Assembly (NCBI GenBank): GCA_012295275.1
Contig: CM022670.1
Coordinates: forward strand, 41,044,001 to 41,108,000
From: Chrysomallon squamiferum
Taxonomy: Eukaryota > Animalia > Mollusca
DNA length: 64,000 nucleotides
Direction: 5' to 3'
A model generated the notes under the pieces. That model had not been told where the DNA came from, searched no databases, and worked only from the letters and a program-made list of their open reading frames with translations. Each line of letters begins with the position of its first letter. Within the stretch, counting starts at the first letter, position 1. The position numbers and the translations under genes were made by a program. Of this stretch, positions 29,772 to 44,289 are shown piece by piece.

Positions 29772-30081
29772 TCAGATATTTATTTATTTATTACATGTTC
29801 AGTAACGAAAGTCAGTAATAATAATTGTTAATGAAACTATAGAATACAGTATTTAAGTTCAGGGAAAGTTTAATTTATTTTTAGTTTTCAACATTGCAAG
29901 AATTTGTTGTTGTTTTTTTTTAATTTCTGTCTTTTTCTGATAATTGTTTTTGATATTGAAAGAAGTTATTAAATTTGGTTTTCTTATATAAAACTGTTAA
30001 TAATAATATTTCATTTCTGGAAATAATAAATTATTTTTAATTTCCTACATTTTATGGGGGTTTTTATTGTGTTTTTTTCTT

Positions 30082-30117
<36 letters not shown>

Positions 30118-30294
30118 AGTGTTTTTGTTTCTTTTCTTTTAGAATTTGAAGCTACAGACTCACAGCTACAAGAAGAAGATATTAAAGTTGACAGTAAGCG
30201 AGCACTGACGATGCGTTTTCTCATAGACTCTGGATATGACCATTTTGTTTCTGTTCACAAAGTTACAGTCAACGGCAACGCCATTCACGGATAA
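28603..30294 (+). CDS. HSPB11: Intraflagellar transport protein 25 / HSPB11, about 139 aa. Exons 28603-28694, 28913-29019, 29633-29701, 30143-30294
   Basis: MFDVALSSAGASVILATSSDDKYPPENILDGNTETFWTTTGMFPQEFII...LQEE...MRFLIDSGYDHFVSVHKV is characteristic of IFT25. GT-AG junctions are in phase. Confidence 0.93.
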
Positions 30295-31231
30295 AATTAT
30301 TTCATTACTTACAAGTTCAAATACTCTCTGCATTCCATTGTTTTATTTTTCAAAACATCAAAATGTTTAAATTATTTGGAGACTTTTATTGTTTTGCTGG
30401 GATGTTTTTATTTTTTACCAAAATAGTTATATTATTCGATTAGCAATGATTTGGTGGTGGGGGGGGGAAGGATTTAAATTTGTACATTTTAAGCTGTTCC
30501 ATTACATAGTGATCAAAATCGTAATATGTAAATAATTCCATTTTATGATAACTGGAAAATAATCAAATAACACATTGTTTTGTAGTGCAAAGGTATTAAA
30601 ATATAATAATGATTCATCCATTTATGTTTTTGTCGTGTATATATTCTTAATTTATTATTACTACACTTGTTTTTTTTTTGTTTTTTTTATAGAACAGTAA
30701 TAATATTTCGAAATTCAGGTTTTATATTCTGAATAAATTTACCAGAAATTGAAATAAAATATCTTTACTTACATTAACGGTTTTTGTTTTCTATCATGAG
30801 AAACATTATTTAATAAATTGATATAGCTGTGTAAAAATAGTAATTAAAATTCAGAGGTACTCAGTTATTTAATATTTTTTAATTACCGTTTTCTTTTCAT
30901 AATACTGTTTTTATTTATCTAAAATGTGGGATGGAATATAATAACGTGAAGTATTCAAAAATAATTATCAGTTCAATATTTATTTAAGTGGAACGTCCAG
31001 ATATCTCTGCATAGCAGAGTGAAATTGTTTTTCAAGAATTATAGATGCATAAATGAACTAAATTTTTAACAATTCCATTTTGAATTATTAAAACTAATGG
31101 TAAGAAATATTAATTCATAACGAAGTAATATCAAATACATTTCTTGGGCCAGTATGTTAATATTAAACGAACGCAAATAAGTTTTATACAAACTAATTCA
31201 GTTTCACAATACTTTTATTAATTTCAAATTT

Positions 31232-31372
31232 TGCCCCCGTAGGGGCTATCAAAAATTGAACGTGCCACCCAATTAAGGGTGTCAGTTCGGGGTATTGGGA
31301 ATAGTTTTCAACTAGCAATAACCACGCCTCGGATAAACCTCACTGGCTATGGTACCGCCACTGCGCAAAGCT
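31232..31372 (-). ncRNA. RNU4: U4 spliceosomal snRNA
   Basis: Reverse complement reads AGCTTTGCGCAGTGGCGGTACCATAGCCAGTGAGGTTTATCCGAGGCGTGGTTATTGCTAGTTGAAAACTATTCCCAATACCCCG..., then Sm site AATTTTTGA and a 3' hairpin GCCCCTACGGGGGC. Stems are preserved by compensatory changes relative to the recalled human U4. Confidence 0.96.
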
Positions 31373-32001
31373 AAATAAATCGCGAGAAAGAACACTCTAT
31401 ATAGGCAAAGGAAATTAATTCAGTGAAGGTGTCTCGATTTTAGAATATATAATAATTTAATTAACTGTTAGGTTTATCTTGAGAATTTAATAAGTCATTT
31501 GATAACATTTATTAAAGTTTAAATATAGGTATATTATAATTTTGAAATTTTAAAAGTGTAATATTTTAAATAGAAATATATTTTACTAACACTCACAGTC
31601 TGTTTCTGATTCAGTCCTCTTCTCATTTAGTTTAGATCAAAATTAAAAACACAATACTGATGCAATTTTATTTGGATTTATTTTATACTTTCTTAGGAGC
31701 CATTTTCTATTTTCAACAGTATGTTAGTTACATATAAACAAAAAATAACTTCTATAAATACCGTGCACATTTAATTATTTGCACAAAGCAGAACGTTTTC
31801 GTTTCAAGGACTCAGTCCATACATGCTATTTCAACACATGAGAATCGACATTTATTTAACGTTTATCGGAGACATTCCTTTTATCTCTCACCCACGTGAT
31901 CCGAAAGGCATCACTGTTAAGTGATTTAATCTGTAAACAAGAGGTTTTCAAAATGTTTATATAACTGAATCCCTTGGAGAAAATATTTCGTTTATGCGTA
32001 C

Positions 32002-32516
32002 CTCTTCTTAAGTATCAGAAAAGAGCAACCACCCAATAATGTGTTCGAACCGCCATGCTTTTAAAACGACTGATATTCAACCGTGCGATTTATTTTAATT
32101 TTTACAAAAACAGATTTTAACGTCGAACTGACATTTCGCAAATCTGAAATGTGACGAAATAAACATTAAATTATGAAAAAAAAATCTATATTCAATCACT
32201 TCTCGTACAAACCTCACTTACTATGGTTTAATTAATTTTAAAGAATAAAAAAGAACCAACTCACTACTGAATCGCCTCATTTTTTTTCTTTTTTATTCTT
32301 GGTCGGCTGTAATCAGGGAAAAAGAGCAGTGTCTGATTTCCTGGAAACAAAACCCCGGAGCCTCACAGTCAGTGTCGGGTCATTAAGAATGTCAGTTTAT
32401 TTATTAGACAACTTTCTTTCTTTATTAGCTCAACGGACCTAAATCTAACGGACTCAGTAAGGAGGATGTGTTTGTACGAAAACGTACACAAATAAAAACA
32501 CAAATATCTATTTGTA

Positions 32517-32566
<50 letters not shown>

Positions 32567-32847
32567 TTCATTCATTCATTCATTCATTCATTCGTTCATT
32601 TATTATCATTCGGCAACGCAAAACACAAATCATATAGCATTCAGTTTAAAAGAAATATTGTTTGTTTTCTTACTTTGGCCATATTTTCCCGCTGTTTTAT
32701 TGGAATATGGGGGAACCGTCGAGTCAGACGTCACTGCACATCTAAATCCGGGATTGGACGAGCCAGCCTCGTGGGACTGTTCTAAATTCATAAACAACGC
32801 TTTCATTAGTTCGTTTTCTATCCGAAGTTTTCCTAATAATAATATTT
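32002..32847 (-). other. Candidate spliced exons of an unidentified small gene or lncRNA (32674-32847, 32265-32340, 32002-32069)
   Basis: Three GC-elevated segments, each flanked by YAG and GT, join in a phase-compatible frame ending in TGA at 32015-32017. No recognisable homology. Confidence 0.25.
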
Positions 32848-33085
32848 CTGATGACAAAAAGCAAAGTTAAATTCAGCTAAATGCTAAATACATTCACTAT
32901 TTATCCCCTTGAGATTTTACAATTCATTTAAAGCCTGTAATATTAGACTGAATATCTAAAACGTAAGTATGGTGCAATTAATAATTTGTTTTCCAATTTA
33001 AAAAAAAACGTTTTATTAGTTGCAAAAACTGTTCTTAAATGTGGGTTTGGTGGGAATGATTTAACAGCCAAGCATTTTGATCCTT

Positions 33086-33116
<31 letters not shown>

Positions 33117-33247
33117 TTTTAAAGTAAGAATATTTAAGGTTTGTTATCCCTCTTTTTATATCTATTTCAAATAATCTCTTTTGATTTAACTGAAATATAA
33201 CAAACTTTGGTTATGTTAATTTAATATTTTATTTGTATAGAAATAAA

Positions 33248-33339
33248 AATTGCTTAAAATTATCTCCCCTATATCGTCAAACATTTAAATACCTGAATGC
33301 TTTCAATATTTCAAACCAAGATACGAAATTCCGCCTATA

Positions 33340-33401
<62 letters not shown>

Positions 33402-33812
33402 TAACTGATTTAAAATTAAACAAAAAGTCTGTATATAGCACATTTGGTATAAAACTACACACCTTTTGAAGTACTACAGCAGACCCCTTAATAAGTACCT
33501 GAAATGTGTTTTGCTGAAGATAATTTCTTCTTTTACTTCAACCATTTTTTTAATACCAAATGCAGAAATCACAAACCAAGTGTCCTATGAGATTTTTTTG
33601 TATCCATGACAGCATATATATATATTTTTTTTTCATACATAAATATATTTTGTTGTTTAAGATCATCTCACGTTTTTAAAACAAGAACAAAAAGAAACCA
33701 CTGAAGTACTGAAGATTATTTCACCCACATCATTTTCAAAATTTTATTGACAGATTGGACCATTTAGCCTTTCCAGCCAGAGCTTTTCAATTATGACTGA
33801 TTTATCAATACA

Positions 33813-33867
<55 letters not shown>

Positions 33868-34220
33868 GTGTTGGTGCTGCGAAATTTTAGTTTGCGCTAC
33901 ATTTATACTGAAATACATAAATAAAAATAATAATAATTTTAAAAATATTAAAATTGCTTAGTTATCTCCCCAATATCGTCAAACATTTAAATTCAATATT
34001 TCAAACCATGTTACGAAATTCCGCCTATGCTTATTTACATTATTATTATTATTATTTAATCGATTTAAAATTAAACAAAACAATAAAAAAAAAAATAAAT
34101 AAATAAATAAATAAACCCTGTATATATGACATTTGGTATAAAACAACTTCTGAAGTACTGGAGTAAAACTTAAGTACCCAAATAATTTTTGTGCCGAAGG
34201 TAACTTCTTTTATTCCAGCC
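33248..34220 (+). repeat. Diverged direct duplication of a ~270-300 bp segment (33248-33543 and 33951-34220)
   Basis: Both copies carry these blocks in the same order: AAATTGCTTA..TTATCTCCCC.ATATCGTCAAACATTTAAAT, TTCAATATTTCAAACCA, ACGAAATTCCGCCTAT, GATTTAAAATTAAACAAAA, ACATTTGGTATAAAAC, TGAAGTACT. Confidence 0.85.
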
Positions 34221-34836
34221 AACAATTACATACCTGAAATTGTTTCTCATTCTATTTACTATTACTTCTGCAATTTATTTATAATAATAGTAATAATGAT
34301 GACAGTAATAATAATAATAAAGTTCAGGTAATATTACAGCTGAACCATTCAAAATATAACCAAATTCAAAAGAATACGCTTTCACACTAATTAAATAACA
34401 AAAACATACAAGATATGGCATTTAGATGTTTTATTTTTCTTTAAAAAAAGAAAAAAAAAAAGAAAGAATACAACATTTTGCATGAAATTACAAAACTTTA
34501 AGTAAACGATGATTGTTCTTTTATAAGCATCTACAAACTTCAAAGTTTTCTTATTTTTAAAATTTTCGTTTCGTTTAAAATTTTATAAAAAAATATTAAT
34601 TTGTTAAAACATTCGGTTATAGAAAAAAAGTATTAATCAGATTAACACATTTTAGGCAAGGAATGATTGCTGTATTGAGAAATGTTTTTAAAACACTGAT
34701 AATTATATTCAATGTCTTTTTTAATCAGATCTTATGCAAGGATCACATTACTGTCCGATGTCACAACAAATACTGTTATCCCTTTAAAATGAGGCAGGTA
34801 GCTTAGTCTATTTGCAAATTTCAAGTCACTGAACAT

Positions 34837-35856
<1,020 letters not shown>

Positions 35857-36625
35857 TTACAAACATATTGAAACAGATCAATTGACTAATTACTGTTGTG
35901 ATCTGAAACTTAACACATTAACATTCGGCTAATTCAACAATTTGTTTTTATGTGGTAAAATAAATTTTAAAAAAGCCCTCCTATTTATGCATCCCTTTAA
36001 ATTTAAGGAAGTATTCCGATTTTTTTGCAGTTTCCATGTAGATTTTACCAGTTCTAGAAGGCATTTTATTGTCAAGCATCTTCAGCTATTCCACATGCTA
36101 AGTTTATTACTTCACTGTAATTTTTTTTTTTATTGTACCAGTGTAATGTGTTCTGAAATGCCACTGAACCTTTTAGAAGCGCGCTGAATTACATTTGCAT
36201 TACAATTAGTTACCAAGTCAAGACTACAAGAAAATAAAGAAACTTAAAATTTTCCCATTAAAAGCTGTTAAATTTTTTCAAGATATAATTAACCATTTTA
36301 ATGGCCCAATTTATTTTTATTTCATTTAAAAAAAATTTAATGGCATTCCTTAATTTATCTCATCCTTTTTGTTAGCCACACCAAACTAGAAATATCTATA
36401 AATGAAACAAAAAACCAATTAGATTTACAGTTTTTATTTTTTCCTCAGATTTTATAGCAATTGGCAAACATTTTTTAACATGAACATTTTCAAAACAATA
36501 TTAAAAATGTGGAAAAACAATTTTTTGGTAACATCTGGAATGATTGCTGGGAATGAACATGTTCAAGTAATACTGTTCAACACAAAGGTCACTTAGTCTA
36601 TTAGTTAATTTCGATAACTGAACAT

Positions 36626-39100
<2,475 letters not shown>

Positions 39101-39260
39101 GTGACAATCTCACAGCAAGGAAGATAAAATGTATGATGTCGAACAGGGAAGGAAAAAAATATATGTTTGAAGTATTAAAGTTACTTAATGTCTTAATACA
39201 TTGTTTGCAAAGCAAAAACAAGGAGAGGTGGCGGATGTATAATTATTAGAAAATGAATTT

Positions 39261-39307
<47 letters not shown>

Positions 39308-39728
39308 AATAAGAAACCGTGGAGTGAATTGTATTTTTGTTGGTTAATTCATTCATTGTAGAGACCTAACCTGTACTCTGTAAAAAAGAAAAGAGAAAAG
39401 AGGCTAAAGAGCCATTTTAAAGCTTATTTGCTTTAGTATTTAAACAAAGGGCATATCCGTTTTTCATCAGTACTAATAACCCTATATAAAAATCGTTTTT
39501 CATTCACAACCTTAAATGGCTCACTGAATAAAAAAGGTTCATCTGTGTATAAATGCCCTACCCCCATTTTGTACATAGCAGTTTCAGCTGACGTTTCTAT
39601 CATTAATACCGTTTGGAAATACACGTAGTTTTATTTGATAGTTCAGAAGAAGTGCAATATAGGTAATCATACATGCAATTAAAATCATGCTTTAGAATTT
39701 CCAGTATGTTTATATATTTATATATATA

Positions 39729-39882
39729 CCGTGGCGTGCAGAGGGGGCCGAAGGGGTGGTGGCCCCGGGCATCAAAATATTTTATTTTGTCATAATATTT
39801 CTCAGTAGTAGGTCTTATACTTGAGTCTTTGGGGAAAACAATGAAGGAGTTGGCCCCGGGCATCACCAGACCTCAGCACGCC

Positions 39883-39886
<4 letters not shown>
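39729..39886. mobile_element. 158-bp MITE, hAT-like non-autonomous element
   Basis: Terminal inverted repeats CCGTGGCGTGCAGAGG and revcomp CAGTGGCGTGCTGAGG (14/16 match); internal direct repeat TGGCCCCGGGCATCA twice. The TSD is obscured by flanking TA and TG microsatellites. Confidence 0.7.
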
Positions 39887-39931
<45 letters not shown>

Positions 39932-41087
39932 TGATTAAGTTATTTTTTTTATTTATTTAAATATTAGTGTTAAGCTGTTTGTTGCGTAATATAATTCTGT
40001 CAACGCGTGCTCTGTTCAGTGGTTGAAACTTAGACAACAGGTTTTTTTTTTCTTTCTTTCTTTTTAAAAAACAAAATATATATAGTGGCAAGGAATGGAA
40101 TCCAGTTCCCACAGTCACTCACTCTAATGAAGCTGTGTAGAGAAAGGTTTGGACGTTTTTCTGAAATGTGACAGTCCGATAGAAAATGACTGAGCCAAAT
40201 CTCTGGGCATCGCAAAAACATATTTCTTGACATCTGACAAAAGAAGAACAATATGGTATTCACAACACGACCACCTTCCCTGCCTCCCCCTCTCCGAACG
40301 AAACAAACCACGGTAATCGACGATTAAACTGCGCTGCTGAGAAGAAAATATAATTAAGAAGGGAGGGTGAGTTGGTCAATTTGACCTTGACCCGACTGAT
40401 TAAACTAATTGCTATAGAGTCAAGGTTAATGGATGTTAGGGAAGTAAATACAAATAAAGAAAGTGAGGAAAGGAATTACAGTTACTTATCATGAACTGAG
40501 ATCCTTGTTTATTAAATTCATGCCACTGTTTATTTATTTATTTATTTATTTACTAAAGTAGGCATGCATCCATAAAGTATTCTGACATCCCTTCTCGTTT
40601 GCTGGATCGGTAATTAATTACAACCGCACATTTCACGGCTATTTTAGTATCTTCCACACTGAAAACTAAAATCAGTAGTTGGAAACTTGTTTTTAATAGA
40701 CCCTAAGTATATCAATAATTTTCAGATAAATAGCAATTTAAATATTTAATATAGCAGACAGTAAGTTAAGAGACCCAGTGCATTATTTTACAACTGTTAC
40801 ATTGTCAAAAACTAGAAAATACACTGCTTACATGGATGTATTATTACTTTTATTGTTTCTGTCACTGTTACTATTACTGTTATTGTTATTGTTAAAGGTC
40901 AGCGAAAGGAGGTATTCCGTTTTTGCATTTATTTCAGTCGACGTAAAGATAGAATTTCTTAATACCAAATCACTCTCGAAAATTGATTTTTTGACTGATA
41001 ATCAGTGAAGGTTGTATCATACGAAGTAACTTTTTAAAGCCTTTCTTCCTTATTTTTTTTATTTTTAATTCTTTCTTTCCTGCTTCA

Positions 41088-41118
<31 letters not shown>

Positions 41119-42749
41119 CTTGTTTGAGGGAGAGGGGTTGCAGTTTGTCTGGATTGGTTTGGTTTCGTTAATTACACCTCAGCTGTTCCTCAGACTTTTA
41201 TTTCTCTGTCTAATCTTAGTACAGGGAAGGCGAGATCAGAAAAAAATGTATATACAGATTTAACAGGATGAAAACTGTTAGTTGTGCTAATTAAGAGGAA
41301 TACGATTACTTATTTTAATATTAAAAAAGTGCTCCACCTCATTTTCTCATTTTACTGAATCTAATTACCATTACCAACTTATTATTTTTCAAATTATGAA
41401 ATAAATCTTGTATTTGAGAGAGATTCCAATGATATACAATTTATAACTTTCTTTGAATGACGGTTGTAGTCATAATAAATGTATCTTATCACTGGTTTTG
41501 CACACATAGAGAGTATTCTAAAATTTGACAGGAATAATACTACAATCTTAAAAAATAATGTTATTTCCTACCAGGAAAATAAAAACTAATCCAATACTTT
41601 TTAAATATCTTGACTGAAAATATTTTTCCATATACTTATTTATTTGTTCTGTGTGGTCAATGAATATTTTTTTTTTATATTTATTTCGTATTTGATTTAT
41701 ATATTTTATTTTATTTATTACAGTATGTATTTTTGGTGAATTCTATATTATGAAGCGAGTTAAGAACTTCTAAATTTCCGGGGAAAAGATTTTTCTTTCC
41801 TTATTGCTTTTCATAATTTTAATGTTTTATTTCTTCTTATTATTATTATTCTTTTTATGTTTGCTAACAGTGTGAATCATTTACTTCTTGACGTTGTCAG
41901 TGAACTGTTAAATATTCACAATACTAGCACGAAGTATGTTCAAAAAGGAAGTACATGTATAGTCATATTTTTTTCTGAACAAGGAAATGTCCTTATAACA
42001 AGGAAAACCGGTTTGGAAGAGTTCCAATATATCTACGGAGAAATATTCCCCCGATTTTCCAGTCATATGAAACCATTCTTTTCTTGGAATAAAAAATCAT
42101 AATCTTTGTGTGTGTTTGGGGGGTGTCTGCCTGGTTTTTTTTTTTGTTGTTGTTGTTTTTGTTTGCACACATTTGTATATCATGTATGTGTTTTTACTTA
42201 TGCGAGGGTACATTTACGTGTCTGGTGCACATGTAATTTCGTAACGTACATATGTTCGCAAACGTGTGTGTCTGTGTATGCATTAAACTCGTTATAACTT
42301 ATTTAAACTTATTACGTTATTTCAGTAAAGTTTGGGCTGTTTATAATATGTGTATGAAGCAGAACAACAGATAATAAGATCTTTACATCCTTGTTTCTTA
42401 CTTCCTGCCTATAAGATTAGCCAATGAGAATTAAGCTTCCTGGTGTCCAGATTGTACTATTTGTAATTATGGTGTAGTCTTTATTTTATTTACTTTAGAT
42501 CAAAGTATTTATCAATGGTTTACACGGTTAGACAATAAGAAAGTAAACAAAAATAAAACTGACGAAATGATCTTTGACCGATAATAAACATTCCTAATAG
42601 ATTTGGTCATCACGATTGAAAAGTGTTATAAATAAAACAGAGAAGATTTTCAGCTAAATATTTATAAACAGATATAAAAATGTTACAGATATATTTATTT
42701 GTATAAGTAATATTAAAAGATATTTATTATGCAAGTAAATATGCAATGA

Positions 42750-42752
<3 letters not shown>

Positions 42753-42830
<78 letters not shown>
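42753..42830 (+). repeat. (CT)n microsatellite, representative of many (CT/GA)n, (TG)n, (TA)n and (ATT)n tracts, e.g. 39886-39930, 43331-43376, 47668-47782, 48610-48652, 50652-50724, 57464-57553
   Basis: Directly visible simple repeats. Confidence 0.95.
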
Positions 42831-42833
<3 letters not shown>

Positions 42834-43326
42834 TATTTGTGTGTGTGAGAAATTTCTGTCACATCCACCATTCCATCATTCCACCCAGATATATAACAAT
42901 AAAACACTGAGACTAGTTTAATATACTGATCGATATAATATATACATATATATATATATATATAAATATATTCCTTTCCTTTCTTCCTCCTCTCCCCCCT
43001 CCCCTCTTCATAGCAGATCAGCTATTGTGACTTAACATTCAACATCCCTTAGTCAAGAGCTGCGTAAAAATCAATAGAAGAAGAGTTATTGGCGGCCATG
43101 AAAATGTGTTTCCAAATTTGTCCATATTAGTCTGACTCATGCATCGTGCTCGCTTGACCCGCCAACTTCTCAGCCACTGTGATACACTGCATCTTCTCTG
43201 TCGATGTCTTCTGTTAATCAACAACAACAGCGACAGCAATTGTATTTACAAAACAGAACGTGGGAGGGGTTCCGGTGTTTGAATTTTTTATAACAGTACA
43301 GGAATTTTAATTTGTATGTTTTAATA

Positions 43327-43379
<53 letters not shown>

Positions 43380-43795
43380 AATAATAGTGACAGCAATAAC
43401 ACTATTATTATAGTATTATAAGTAATATAGCAGAAGTAATATAAGTAAATAATTCATCAGCTAGTATCTGTTTATTCACACATTATTTATTTTCATGGGT
43501 GATTATATTTTCTAATCACACGAGTCAGAGTAATATACAAAATACAGTACATTTTTTTTTTCTTCTTCTTTTTATTAAAAAGCTCCTTCAAGCGTTCGCC
43601 TACTGAAATATTAACAATATTTATGAATATTTTACAAAGTCAAATTTCAGACTCTAGCAACAACCACCAGTTTATATTCGGTGAGATTTTTAACAGATGA
43701 TTATTAACACATATGGCTCGAATCCCTAGTACAATAATAACATTACGGCTAGCTTTACTGCAAATAATAGTGGTAACCATCAGTTTAACCTCGGC

Positions 43796-43861
43796 GTCAC
43801 GTGACAGGCCACACTATCGTCTGATGTCCTTGTATATAAAATTGAACAACTCCTTATTTGG
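43796..43861. promoter_or_regulatory. Candidate distal enhancer: palindromic E-box GTCACGTGAC (43796-43805) and CArG CCTTATTTGG (43852-43861)
   Basis: Exact motif matches within a GC-elevated island between the two actin genes. Confidence 0.4.
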
Positions 43862-44234
43862 TATTAGATACATAACTAGGCGGTCTGCATTTTGACCTGG
43901 TATGTCGATCGTGCAGGGCGTGGCAGAACGCTACAGAGTGTGAAAAATCTAAATATTACTGATTTCATGTTTGTGCTTGTTATCTTAAGTCGAACGAATC
44001 TAGAACAAGAGAAGAGGTGTTTGTTTCAGTACTTAATGATAATTTTTCTCTATTTTATACGAAAATAGATGTGTCACTGTCGACGAACAAGGTCGAAACA
44101 GGTTTCGATAGCAACATACCAACAAGTATGAGATTAGCCGCTCCTATCATGCTTAAAAAATGTTCATGGTAACTATAGTTAACAGTGTATTCAGTAAAGT
44201 TTTAAACAATAATTATTTTATAACTTCCCTAACC

Positions 44235-44289
<55 letters not shown>

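Noticed and set aside
32040-32062. B-box-like GTTCGAACC suggesting a tRNA or SINE
   Set aside because: No A box or cloverleaf can be folded around it.
40381-40430. TGACCTTGA / TCAAGGT nuclear-receptor-type motifs
   Set aside because: Short motif that is common in such genomes; no independent support.
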